Shown: positions 1-12,049, numbered from the whole stretch's first letter. The stretch is 63,637 nucleotides of DNA, filler included, from Octopus bimaculoides (GCF_001194135.2; 6 parts of 5 records of this genome joined end to end with filler, not necessarily neighbours in it); one strand, 5' to 3'. Notes: generated by a model from the letters alone, not told the origin. A program made the numbers and translations.

Positions 1-1090
1 TTACCTATTATAGAACTATTGAAAGCATCTATAAGTTCTTTTCCCATTGGAGAAAAGAAAATAGCAATTTTTTTGTCACATACACACAGACTCTCATTCA
101 TTCTGTCGTATGTCAACTACTCAGCGTCAACCAGAATCGATAGTGTGGCGTTAAATTTCATTGATATCAAATTGGTTCTGCTGATGTTCTGAAACTGAAT
201 CTGACGCTAAAGACCAGAAATGAAGAAACAGGAGATATTATCTTGTACACACTCGTGTTAATCCATCTGGTTCAACATTCTTCCATTAACATACGCAATA
301 TGGCATTACAGGCAAGAGATGCCACTGTTGATATTCAAGTGAGCAACACTAAAATCTTCATAGGAAATCTACAAAAACTGAGTTCAATATGATACTCTGT
401 CAGAATCAAACGATGCCTCTAAAAATCCGCAAACTGAAATTAAACTACGAGCAAATAAGAGAAAGGGAAAAGCAATAGTTTTCATTACAGCCAGTCTAGC
501 GATTTAAGTCAGGGAAAGGATTCTGACACACGTAGAAGTATTATTTCAGACACCTGTTTTATATTATGTGAATATCAATTCTGTCATTGGTAGTCTGGAC
601 TTACGAAATTTCTTTTACTTTTTCATTCCTATGACAATAACTGTCTATATTGGAAAATCGTTTGACCGCAAAGCGTGTATCATTTGCAAAACTTTTCGAT
701 GCTGAAGTAAATGGCAAAAAATTTTCTACTAAATCAGTCGGCATGGAAACTACGATACCTCATGGCAAGTTCGTGGAATTTAATCAACAAAATACACATC
801 TTTGTATATTATTTCGTATTTTTCTTGCGGTGCTTGCTGCAACAACGTCAGCAAAAACGTTTACTCAGTAAGCTCGAATTGATAAAGAACTCTCAGAATA
901 TATGTATTAGATCATCTCGTGTCCTGCGCACGACTCAGCAATGAATCAGACATCGGTTCAAATATTTATTTCACACATATTATACAAAGCTTTTCTTACA
1001 AGGCAGCAGGCAAAGCACTTGCGAAGAAGGAAAAACCGAAAACCTCTTTAAGCCTTTCTATAAGTAGTAGTATATATATATATCTTATAT

Positions 1091-1121
1091 GTATGTGTGT
1101 GTGAGTGTGCGTGGTGTGGTG

Positions 1122-1174
<53 letters not shown>

Positions 1175-1447
1175 CTTTAGNNNNNNNNNNNNNNNNNNNN
1201 NNNNNNNNNNNNNNNNNNNNNNNNNNNNNNNNNNNNNNNNNNNNNNNNNNNNNNNNNNNNNNNNNNNNNNNNNNNNNNNNNNNNNNNNNNNNNNNNNNNN
1301 NNNNNNNNNNNNNNNNNNNNNNNNNNNNNNNNNNNNNNNNNNNNNNNNNNNNNNNNNNNNNNNNNNNNNNNNNNNNNNNNNNNNNNNNNNNNNNNNNNNN
1401 NNNNNNNNNNNNNNNNNNNNNNNNNNNNNNNNNNNNNNNNNNNNNNN

Positions 1448-1512
<65 letters not shown>

Positions 1513-1518
1513 CTTTAG
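1091..1518. repeat. (GT)n microsatellite split by an N gap
   Basis: GT runs on both sides of gap 1181-1447; both end in the same ACCTTTAG (1173-1180, 1511-1518), suggesting one locus assembled twice. Confidence 0.9.
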
Positions 1519-2660
1519 TTGTTTGCTAGTTTCAGCCCGTGACATGGAGGCAGTCTTCCTTGCATAGTAGCATAAGATTGCTTCGAATTCCGCTCTCAGT
1601 TTCACACTATATGGTGACTACAGCTGAGAGCAATAATCTAGAAGAATATTGGGAGCAAATGTCCCTCGCAGAACCAACAGGTCGTACTTTGTCCTATTTC
1701 ACGTCTGAAGAGACTGGAGCGTCTACTCTTTCGCTTTTTGTGAAAAGGACGTGTTCCAATTGTTAGACGCTCAAACTGCAATTAGCACTTGCTGAGTGGT
1801 GGACTGAGTATGCTGCGGATAATGTCATGCGGATATGCACCAAGGTACCGGCATCTCCAACAGTCGCCATTTGTTAAACGGCTTTTCCATAGTTCATTTT
1901 TTTTTTAAGTCCTGGGTCAATCGAAAACTGACTGAGGGCGCTTGGCATCTGGAATGTCTTCAGCCCTCAACCAATCGGGCAAAGTGGTCGGTGAAAATTT
2001 CACGTTAACGCCCTAGAGGGGATTAGAGACGTTCTTGGGGAGACTCGGTGTCGACGAAAATCAACTCACTGGTATATTTCGGAGGACTTTCAGTCCAGGG
2101 CCTGGGAATAATTTCCAGAAGTCTCTAGCCTTGTAGTGCTACTGGAAAGCATTACCGGTTCGAGATAAACTCTACCGGCACTGCAATACCAGCAGCCGGA
2201 TATGTCCGAGATGCGCGCAGAACAATTCCTGCAATGCTGAATGACAGCGTTATGTCGGATGCCTGTGTAAGAAGGATTCGACTATCAGCTAGATCCGTTT
2301 TTAAGATTACCCCGCTCACTTCCTTTGACAGAGAAAGGTAGGCAATGTTTATCTGTCTGGTGGCTATGGCGAAAGAGATTTTATGATTGACCAGATTGAA
2401 AGGGCTAAAGACAGATACTTTCATCTTTAGTCAGGTCCTTATCAACTTTTTCACGTTTCACTTGTAAAGGAAGCTGAGAGTGGAGATGGACGTGTTGCCT
2501 TGCAGCAAATTTCTAGAAAGATAGACGAGAATAGCAAGCATAGTCAGAATGAAGGGACCTGCCCCGAATGCGTTCACTGGGGAAGAACTGAATGGGGTGG
2601 CTGTGCGTAAATGGTCAGGGTGATTCTACTGTTTTGGGGGTTTCTATAGATTAACCTTTT
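1519..2660 (+). mobile_element. Degenerate Tx1/L1-clade LINE, 3' half (post-RT region and zinc-finger)
   Basis: Plus-strand translation gives FRFL*KGRVPIVRRSNC..GGLSM (~1729-1815) and NNFQKSLAL*CYWKALPVRDKLYRHC..ICPRCAQN (~2107-2225), the zf-RVT-type C-terminal motif of L1/Tx1 ORF2; many stops. Confidence 0.8.
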
Positions 2661-2796
2661 CCGTACTAGTGAGAAATTTTCATTGATTAAAATTTTATCT
2701 CATTGTTGTGTATACATTCAAACCTCCTCCCCCACTGCTCTCTTTTTATATATAACAATATCGTTTGTAGAGGTTCTTGTGGTCAATAATAATACG

Positions 2797-2797
<1 letters not shown>

Positions 2798-2853
<56 letters not shown>
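2798..2853. repeat. (ATT)n microsatellite
   Basis: About 18 perfect units. Confidence 0.95.
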
Positions 2854-2854
<1 letters not shown>

Positions 2855-2863
2855 TCATTATTG

Positions 2864-3050
2864 AAGGTGGTAAGCTGGTAGAATCGTTAGCAAGCCGAGG
2901 AAAATGCTTAGAGGCATTTCGACCGTCTTTACGTCTTTCATCCTTTCGGGTCGATAAAATGAGTACAAATTGATCACTAGGGTAAATGTTATCGACTTAC
3001 CCAATACTCCAAAAATTCTGGCCTTATATCAAAGATTGAAATTATAATTC
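2864..3050 (+). mobile_element. tRNA-derived SINE family A, internally deleted
   Basis: AAGGTGGTAAGCTGGTAGAATCGTTAGCAAGCCG head and CATCCTTTCGGGTCGATAAAATGAGTAC body match the full copy at 46469-46702. Confidence 0.8.
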
Positions 3051-3059
3051 ATTATTACT

Positions 3060-6000
3060 GTTATTTACTTTTAATCTGCACGTTTGTTACAATCAATTGC
3101 CGAGACACTCCCAGTGTCCTGGAGCGAGTGAAGGATAACAGATGTTACAGTTTGACTGAAAGCTTGGGGAGGGGAAGTGGCAGGGCAGTAGCGAAATATT
3201 TTCATGTAATACAACACAGACATTTAAACTGATAGGGTTTTTCTAAGAATGTGGACAGTACTTGTCAGCACAATCTTTTGGATTTCTCTGAGACAGGGTT
3301 CTCTTGGGATCTTATCTAGATGTTCCTTACATCCCTTTTTATCATACCTAGGGCTCCTACGATAACAAGAACAGTTCTCTCTTTAAGATGCCACACCTTT
3401 TGTATTTCAATTTCCATGTACTTATATTTACTTAATTTGTCAAATTCCTTGACAGATATATTTTTGCCAGTGGGAAAATTTACATCTATTAATCTACAAA
3501 TATTTTCTTCTCTGTCTCTAATGACTATGTCTGGTCGATTAGGCTGGATCGTTCTATCGGTGTTGACTGGAAAATCCCAGAGGATAGTGACAGTTTTGCC
3601 TTCAGCGACTGGTTCAAGATGATGTTCATACCAGTAAGCAGGTGTACCAATTTTGTAGTGTTTACATATTTTCCAATGTCAATACTGTTCTATTCTATCG
3701 TGGCGATTTTTGTACTCATTTGGTGTCAGCACAGGACATCTCGAGACGAGATGGCCTATTGTTTCATCAAATGTATCACAGAATATACATTTAGGGTCAG
3801 AGCCGTTTTGAAGAACGTTATCCTAGTAATTTTTGGCAATCAAGCTTTGATCTTGTGCCGCTAATATGAAACCTTTAGTCTCTGCTTTCAGTTCTGAACT
3901 TCTCAGAAATTGATGGGTTGTTGCTTGATCTGCATCAGCATTTCCGCTTTGAAGTATATACTGTTCATGCCTGAGACTTCTGGCTCCACCGCTCCTCAAT
4001 TTCTTTCTGCCCGTTCTTTTTTGCAGTCTGCTTGATAGGTTTTGCTTGTTTGGTGGCAATGGTTTCAGGTTCTTCATCTAATTCGGGGTCAATGCTGAGT
4101 TCCCTTTCGAATTTGCAAGCTTCTTTGACATTAGAATGTGATTTTTTGCTGCTTTCGTGTTTACACACAAGCTGCAGCGTCCAGTCCACTGTACTAGATT
4201 AGTACTTGTTCATTGCTATTGTAGAGATCTCAAGCCACAGTTCTACCAACATCATTCCTCTTTCCCCATTACTTCTAGGTAGCACAGACGATAAACGTCT
4301 GCTTTTGGGAGGTGCATGTTCTTAGATGTCTGCAGTTTTCTCGTCTTCATGTCCAGGCGTTGGAACTCTATAAAATTCAAGTTAATGATGTTAAAGCTAT
4401 ATTGGACTACTGGAAGTGCCAGGGTGTTAATGGCTTCGATGCGATTTTCCGAGTTGGGCTCAGTTTTTAGTATGAATCTTACTCTCCTGTAATTCTCCTT
4501 TCTTATTTTTTCCTTCGTAGTATCATGTTGTATACCATCTCCTTCGTTTATCCCCAGGTATTTGTAATTTTCTTGTGGGTCAACCTCCCTGATGGTAGTA
4601 TCGGTATATAATTTAATGGACGCTGTTTGTTTGACCTTGCCTCTTACAAAGGTTGCTTTAGTGCACTTATCAAGGCCAAAATCCAACCTGATGCCATTGC
4701 TGAACTCTTTAACAGTTGTTAGCAGTCCTACTACCTCTTCATCGTTTCTAGCAAACAGCTTCTTATCGTCCATATTAAACAGATGATTTATTATCGCATT
4801 ATAAATTTTGAATGCATACCTTTTGTTATTTAGTTCGTTTGAGAATGGGATCAGTACCATGCGTAAGAGTAATGGGGAGAAAATGCCTCGTTTGATGTTG
4901 ATGTTATTAGATTTGCTCATTCCATTACTATGGCATAGAAGAAGACGTGTGTTCCACTTGACCATGCTAACTTGTATGAATTTGGAGACGACAGGAGCGG
5001 TCTTATACATCTCAAGGATTCTGAGTAGCCAACAATGCGGGACACTATAAACCACTTTCCTATAGTCTATCCATTCCATACTCGGGTTCTTTTTTTTGCT
5101 CTAGAACTTCACTACAATGATTTTACTTATGAGTAATTGATCTTTGCACCCATAAGAATTCCTTTTACAGCCTTTTTGAGCTTATGAAAGAATAGACTTA
5201 TGTTCAAGGAAAGCGCATATCCTGTCACTTAATATGGATTTGATGATCTTGTAGGTGATGTTGAGACATGTTATTGGTCGGTAGTTCTTTGGATTTTTCG
5301 TGTCTTCATTTTTTGGTAGAAGGTATGTTGTTCTTTCGGTCAGCCAGGCAGGTATTTGCTCTGTTCTGGATGACATCAGTTAGAGATGCAGCGAAATTTT
5401 GGTGTACTTCTATCAAACAATTCGACCAGATGTTGGGGATCCGGTCCAGTACTGGGGTTTTCCACTTGTGAGACTTCCTAAGGATACATCTTAGCTCTTC
5501 TATTTCTATTGCCTCCCATTTCTGCTCTTCAACTTCAACCAGTCTCACTTTCTCACACTCTATCTAGCCAGCTGTAGCATTATGTTCTTTTTTGTTGCTC
5601 CATATCTTCTTTCAAAACTCTTCCATTTCCTCAGTCGTAGGTGGCGCCTTTACTTCTATCTTATTTTTTCCAATTTCCCTATAAAATTTCTTTGCATAGC
5701 TAAATGCGGTGCTCCAGCATGGCCGCAGTCAAATGACTGAAACAAGTAAAAGAGTAAAAGAATAAAAGAATCCGTCTTGAATATCTTGTTTTGTCAATAA
5801 AATTTTATTCTTTTGTCATACCTTCTGAGCCGTAGGGCTTTCAGTTGTATTCGTAGTTGCAATTGTTCCTTAGTTGCAGGGAGGTTTATAAAATCTTTGA
5901 TTTTATATTTTTGCTTCATTTTTTTAGAATGTTTCGTTTTAACATTTACCCCTCCAGCAAGTTCATCGAGAACTGATACATCCTCCTGCAACAACTGCTA

Positions 6001-6569
6001 CACTGCTACAACTTTAGCAGTGGAATACATGAGGTTATTTAAGGTCGTTAGGTAGTTTCCCTTATTTCTTAAGATCTGTCTAAGAGCAACATTATATATC
6101 ATTATTATGTTGTTCTTATACTGTTTGAGAACTTTGGTAGCGATTCTCTATTGATCTTGTCAGTAGACTCAATCTTGCTGAGTTCTCTCATATCTTCTTT
6201 TGCTTCTTTGATCTTCTCTTTATTATTCACCTCAAATTCTGTGTCATATCTATTCTAGTGTTCTTGAGGTAAGTCTACTTTCTCCTCTTTTTCTGCATAT
6301 CTGTTCTTCGCTATTCTTTCTTAAGCTTCCTCGTTGTGATGTACTGCTTGTACACTGGGTTCTGTGCATTTGTTACTTATTTCATCTGCATTGTTGCTGT
6401 TTTCATTTGGTCTACCATGAGATATTTGTGTCCTAATTTGGTTAATTTCAGCATCATTTAACCTTTTATTCTTAACGATGTCTCTACGTACATTACTTAA
6501 TTTATTTGCATTTATATATCTGCGTACTTCGTTACCTACTAAGTTTCTCCATGAGATCTGTTTTATGAA

Positions 6570-6570
<1 letters not shown>
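3060..6570 (-). mobile_element. R4/Dong-clade non-LTR retrotransposon, 5'-truncated and degenerate (RT plus restriction-like endonuclease)
   Basis: ORFs 5182-5548 (KNYRPITCL), 4252-5079 (WIDYRK..SVPH, RGIF, HLFNMDD.KLF, FGLDKC, YKYLG); endonuclease-region C-terminus at ~3230-3640; QGD segment deleted and YMDD mutated. Confidence 0.9.

Positions 6571-6632
<62 letters not shown>
6571..6632. repeat. (ATT)n array between two R4/Dong copies
   Basis: About 20 units. Confidence 0.95.
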
Positions 6633-6633
<1 letters not shown>

Positions 6634-7268
6634 GTAGTTTTATTTTTATAACGTGCTTTCACTTCACTACCGAGCGCAGCTCTGTGTGCCTTGCGTATGT
6701 GCTGTGGTTTGCTGTGATGCTCTTATGGTTACTGTATTGAAAGTGTTTTGCGTAGGATGTGTGCAGTGCCCAGTAGTGCAATTTTCTGTATGTTATATAT
6801 ACTTGTAAGTCCTGATGTTTTTGTTATATATTTGTCTGAATATTTTTTTATCATACCTAAGGCGCCTACTATGATAGGAATTGTTTCTGTTTTTAGATTC
6901 CACGTTNNNNNNNNNNNNNNNNNNNNNNNNNNNNNNNNNNNNNNNNNNNNNNNNNNNNNNNNNNNNNNNNNNNNNNNNNNNNNNNNNNNNNNNNNNNNNN
7001 NNNNNNNNNNNNNNNNNNNNNNNNNNNNNNNNNNNNNNNNNNNNNNNNNNNNNNNNNNNNNNNNNNNNNNNNNNNNNNNNNNNNNNNNNNNNNNNNNNNN
7101 NNNNNNNNNNNNNNNNNNNNNNNNNNNNNNNNNNNNNNNNNNNNNNNNNNNNNNNNNNNNNNNNNNNNNNNNNNNNNNNNNNNNNNNNNNNNNNNNNNNN
7201 NNNNNNNNNNNNTTTTCTGGCGTGTGCCTATACCATCTTTTTTCTGTTGTTATTCCATAGTGTTAGCA

Positions 7269-7269
<1 letters not shown>
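6633..7269 (-). mobile_element. R4/Dong 3' end (ORF end and 3'UTR), 5'-truncated, embedded in TAA array
   Basis: Near-identical to 60816-61360; minus strand reads ..IVGALGMIKK..ALLGTAHILRKTL; flanked by (ATT)n on both sides; contains gap 6907-7212. Confidence 0.85.
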
Positions 7270-7340
<71 letters not shown>

Positions 7341-7411
7341 CGGTGAACTTCTACCTTATTATGATTATTATTATCATTATCATCATCATCATCATCATTA
7401 TTATTATTATT
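7270..7411. repeat. (ATT)n/(CAT)n compound microsatellite
   Basis: Direct inspection. Confidence 0.9.
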
Positions 7412-7479
7412 CATATACACTCAACATATTAGACTGTTGGAAAAGAAAAGAATCCTAACATCGGGCTACAACATGTAAC

Positions 7480-8220
7480 CTTAGATGTCAAGAACCTTCC
7501 TATTGGATTACAGCAAGTAACCTTAGATGCCAAGAACCCTCCTAAGTAACCCAGCTGCCCCTATTAACAATGTTTTCTGCAGCTGTACTAAACTGGGTTT
7601 TATGCCTATTTCCTCTATCGATCTGTTCAAATCTTTAGGGATAGATTCCAATGCACCTATAACTACTGGCATACATTTTACCCGCACTTTCCTTAGTCTC
7701 TGTAATTCAATAGCTATTTTTTCTATGTTTCTTATATTAATTTTTTCATCATTTGGGAGTGTAAAGTCAATTATCTGGCACTTTCTATTCTCTTTATCTA
7801 CTACTAATAAATCAGGCCTAGTTTCAATGACTCTGTCAGTCTGGATGTTAAAGTCCCACAACATCTTGTATTTCTTACTTTCTAGAACTTTACTAGTTTC
7901 ATGTTCATACCATTTATCAGTGTGTTCAAATCCTAGCTTTCTACATAGCTCTCAGTGTATTGCTCTCCCTAGATTTTCATGTCTTTTCTTGTATTCTTTC
8001 TGTGCCAGCATGCTACATTCACTTACTATACGAGTAACGCTTTCCTCTTTTGATTTGCATAATCTACATTGGGAATCTACTTGGTTTTTGTCTATTTTGG
8101 TTTTTATCCAATTAGTCCTTACTGGTAGTGCTGTGCGGCGGTTCACCGTAAGTAAAGTAGTGATAAGTAAAACTGTAATGTTATTATCAGTCCAAATATG
8201 CATAACTAACAGAGGCTAAT
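7480..8220 (-). mobile_element. R4/Dong C-terminal fragment (CCHC finger and restriction-like endonuclease)
   Basis: ORF 7952-8203 SQCRLCKSKEESVTRIVSECSMLAQKEYKKRHE; ORF 7523-7864 LWDFNIQTDRVIETRPDLLVVDK..IIDF..PVVIGALE..LLRRVLGI. Confidence 0.9.
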
Positions 8221-8262
8221 TATTTATATTAACCTTGGAAATACAACAAAATCCAAATCTGG

Positions 8263-8441
8263 TCCACAGAGGTTCACGTGATAAGCCTCATGATCCACAG
8301 AGGTTCACGTGATCGTTCTTTGCTTTTGTTATGTCGGCTGTTCCATTCAGTCATTCACTGAGAAGTGAGTGCAGCGAGATTCAGTAGTTCGCTCAGCGTC
8401 CAGTGTAACAACACATGTAGTAACATTGCACCTTTGTAAGT
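8263..8441 (+). promoter_or_regulatory. Candidate core promoter and short non-coding first exon (speculative)
   Basis: 20-bp direct repeat TCCACAGAGGTTCACGTGAT (8263-8282, 8294-8313), each with a CACGTG E-box; TCAGT initiator-like motifs at 8347 and 8381; GTAAGT donor at 8436. Confidence 0.3.
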
Positions 8442-8664
8442 TGGTTCCTGTTTTTTTGTTTTTTTTTCTATTTCACCTTTCCATTTTCATGATACTGACA
8501 ACTAACAACATAATTAACGCTTCCTAATTACATATATATGAAGGTACCAAAATCTTTTAAGCGCTTAGGGCCTCTGTGGGTCACAATCCGACACCCTGGG
8601 GTCGACAGTATCAACTAAATCGCTCCCTTCACAATTTCTTGTCGTGTGCCTCAGTTAGAAGCCA

Positions 8665-8758
8665 CTACTACTACTACAACTACTATTACTACTACTACTA
8701 CGACGACGACGACGACTACTACTACAACTACTACTACGACGACGACTACTACTACTAT
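8665..8758. repeat. (CTA)n/(CGA)n compound microsatellite
   Basis: Direct inspection. Confidence 0.9.
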
Positions 8759-10169
8759 TGTGAGTGGGAAAATTTTAATGTAAATACTGATTAGTTGGGA
8801 TATTAATTTAAAGTATAGGAATGTAATAAAGATAAATTTGCGAATCTACGAGACAGAGCTTTTAGGTTATATTCTACGAGAGAAAAAAGTCAGAAAGCTT
8901 TAATTGTAATGTAAGAGAAAAAGTAATGCTCAAATGAAAATATACATGAACAACAGGAAAATAATTTAACGAATTCTAAACCTTGTAAACAATTGAAAAT
9001 AATTTATTTCGATGTCGAAATATATTTTTAGTAACTCAAGAATTGCAACGCGTACTTTAACAGCCACTAAAGTTTATGGCTTCAAAACATGAGAAAAATA
9101 ATCGAAAAAAACATCTTGCGTTACATTGATATTTATATATGACACAAACGATTCGATTAAATCTGACTTATTTGTGATTATTGGAAAGAAGCGCTGGAGG
9201 AATACAGCAAGAACATATCTTAGATAGAAACAGCCATTTTAAATAAATTTATATATGCATGTGTGTATGTATGTCTCTGTATTTAGGCTTGTGCGTATGC
9301 ATACATTCAATAAATAGTAATTAAACCTTATAGTGTCAAAAACCCAGTGGTAAAACTGTTGTTCTTTATATTGACTGAAATTGAAAAATAATTCGTTTAG
9401 TTTTGCTTAGTCACCACCAACTCCTCGGGGGAATTTACTTTTTTTGCTACAGAGAAATAAATTGTAGCTTATAATGGGTGACTCATGATAAATAAGATAA
9501 ATAACAGGCTCTGCTTTTACTCGTCTTCATACCAGTACATGCAATAGTGATGCATATAAATTAACTAAAGTAATGAAATAGCGTGTGTGTGTGTGTGTGT
9601 GGATAGGTTGTAAATATATTTGCGTGTGCATTTCGAATGAGCATACAATTAGCTTCACCGTACATATAGTCCACATGATTAAAATACAGAATTCTTTTTC
9701 GCGAATGAATTGAAGAACAATTCTACAAGTTTCTTCTGGCCATTATATCAGTTCATAAAACTTGTTTATTTCGTTCGTTCTGCAGAGGAAAATAGAAGCT
9801 TACAACGACTTAACGAAGTATAAGTCACTGATTACATGATCTCAGGGTTGAAAAATCAAGATGACGAATAGAATTGTTACTTGTTCTCCGGCTCTCATGA
9901 TTTAGTAGTGGACAGATGTTGTGCTTCAGTATTAGTATGGATGGAAGTCAATGGAAAAAGATTAAACTGCCCTATTTTTACATTGACTCATCAGTTTCAC
10001 TACATGCTGAATACTCCTTTTCTCACTTTCATTCCTAAACGAATGCGTTGCATTGAATATACTACAAAGTATCACCTTGTAGACTATAACCCCAAAACCT
10101 TGAAATGCAGGATGTCAACGGTTCTTGATGGCTACGGCATACATACATACATACATACATACATACATA

Positions 10170-10465
10170 CATACGGACTCTCCCGTCGTTAAACGACGTA
10201 TGTGGGTTCAGCAGTTTCTTGCCAAACAACCACACATGGTTTGTTTATAGTGATCAGATATTTGTGTACATATAAGCTCACTCTCTCCATCAAATCAACA
10301 TTACCTGTACAGGTGCACCGTGTGCCACATGTGCTACATATAAGATGACGAAATGATCGCAGAGCAACGTAAAATGAAGTGCTTTGCTCAAGAATACAAC
10401 GTAACGCCCGGTCTGGGAATCGAACCCACGGTCTCGCAATTGTTAGTGCAACACTCTAACAATTA
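10170..10465 (-). mobile_element. tRNA-derived SINE family D
   Basis: Reverse complement has B-box GGTTCGATTCCC followed by AGACCGGGCGTT..TTGAGCAAAGCACTTCATTTTACGTTGCTC; (TACA)n run at the tail side. Confidence 0.7.
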
Positions 10466-10929
10466 ATCCATATTATTGTATATTGTTGACGTCATAAGAA
10501 TTTAGAAACACCGAGAACGTGAAATAATTTGGGGGATGAGGGTGAATCTCGAAGCAAATAAAGTTACAAATTGTAGCATGTATATACTGGGTTAAAACAT
10601 CCTTTGAATAGAAAAAGTCAAAGGCAGCCAGTGTGACTCAAGCCCATATCTCCTGTCATGTTTACAGAAGATGTGATATCTGTATGTGTATGTGCAATCA
10701 AACATATATATGCATAAACGTATTCCTATAACAGCTGATCGCTTGTTTTTACAGATTCAGACTTCTTTTACGTGAGAAAATGCCAGCTTTTCCAATCGAG
10801 GGATATAGTCGAATGAATCCATTTTACTAATACATTCTCTTGATCTACACCATAGAAAAGATGTTATCAATTCCATAAGGAATATTTCTCAGAACATATT
10901 ATTGCCATGTGTTACTGTCGATAACTGTC

Positions 10930-11160
10930 GATGCTGATTTTAATAAAGGTGAATGAAATTACCGGGATCCCTTTTGGTCGAAGAAAAAGTGCACATAAGG
11001 GAAGATTCCCAGGCATGATGGACATAATATGAATCATTTTGCTGCTTTTACCGATTGCACCAAGTCTGTAGTCAGGACCAGGTTCTGGATAAGACATCCC
11101 GATATCACTGGAAGTAGAGGTGAAAACACTTCTTGTGCTCTATTCTTGGTAGCTAAAGGA
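10930..11160 (-). mobile_element. Possible very old Tx1-like zinc-finger relic
   Basis: Minus frame Q*YRDVL..LQTWCNR*KQQND..HHA weakly parallels the motif at 2140-2230. Confidence 0.3.
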
Positions 11161-11679
11161 ATCGGTAAAATATAATCGTAGCTAATGGTTCGTTGTATAC
11201 TGAGAGAACGATCGCAGGATAAAGATTTGATTTATTATTCCTTAAACATGAGTAACGTTTGCATTTTTGTATTGCAATGTTCCCATTAACGAATACCATG
11301 AATACACTTATTGATTTTCATATGTTCAGGTTTCTCTAAAAGCTTTTCAGCATTTTAGTTAGTAAACTACATTGAAACGTTGTGAACATGACCCTCGAGG
11401 TTTGTATCCTTTTTCGCTACAAAAGGTCATCTATATTTCAAATAAAATATGATACATACATTTCCGGTTAAACCACATGCTTTTTTTCTCTAGATGTCAA
11501 AGTAACATACAGACTTATAACTAAATGCCTGTATGGTTACTGTAAAGTCAGACAATATTATGTTTTTATGTAATTTATCTGTGAAAAGTCACCTTGATGA
11601 ATCCCGTCGTTCTAGCAAAACATCAGTTTTATAATACAACAACGCTACCAACATCGAATTGTTCTAATTCGTTATTTTT

Positions 11680-11750
11680 TACTTTACTGGTTTCAATCAT
11701 TGGATTGCAGTCATGCTAGGGCACTGCCTTCAAGAACTTCATTCAAATAT
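11680..11750 (-). mobile_element. SINE tail fragment
   Basis: TTTCAATCATTGGATTGCAGTCATGCTAGGGCACTGCC matches 29548-29585 (TTTCAGTCATTGGGCTGCGGCCATACTGGGGTACCACC). Confidence 0.55.
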
Positions 11751-11804
11751 AATGACACCCCGCCCAAATAATAACATCATCATCACCATCATCATCAACA
11801 ACAA

Positions 11805-12011
11805 CAATAGTTTCAAGTTTGGGCACAGGGCCAGAAGTTTTGATGGAAGGGAGAAGTCGATTACATAAACCCCCAGTACTCAAAAGGTACTTAATTTATT
11901 GACCCCGAAAGGACGAAAGACAAAGTCGACCTCAGCGGAATTTGAAATGAAAACGTATAGACGAGCGAAATTCCGCTAAGCATGTATGCTAACGATTCTG
12001 CCAGCTCGCCA
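11805..12011 (-). mobile_element. SINE family A
   Basis: ..GCTAACGATTCTGCCAGCTCGCC reverse head; GTCGACCTCAGCGGAATTTGAA body. Confidence 0.85.
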
Positions 12012-12049
12012 GAACAGTCCACATCCTACACAAGACATTAGCAATTCAA

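Noticed and set aside
165-392. 75-codon stop-free plus frame (YQIGSADVLKLNL..)
   Set aside because: No convincing splice sites, early start or recognisable motif; compatible with chance.
1089-1605. ORFs spanning N gaps (also 24305-25552, 28627-29076, 39578-40892, 42987-43679, 45045-46039, 54603-55415)
   Set aside because: Their length comes from Ns translated as X plus flanking microsatellites.
2152-2424. Minus-strand ORF initially read as a DIRS/Crypton tyrosine recombinase tail
   Set aside because: The plus strand gives clear Tx1/L1 motifs (ALPVRDKL..CPRC, FRFL*KG..GGL); the minus ORF is antisense shadow.
9881-10192. 103-aa ORF with a TTG start
   Set aside because: Non-ATG start, runs into a (TACA)n SINE tail and has no motifs.
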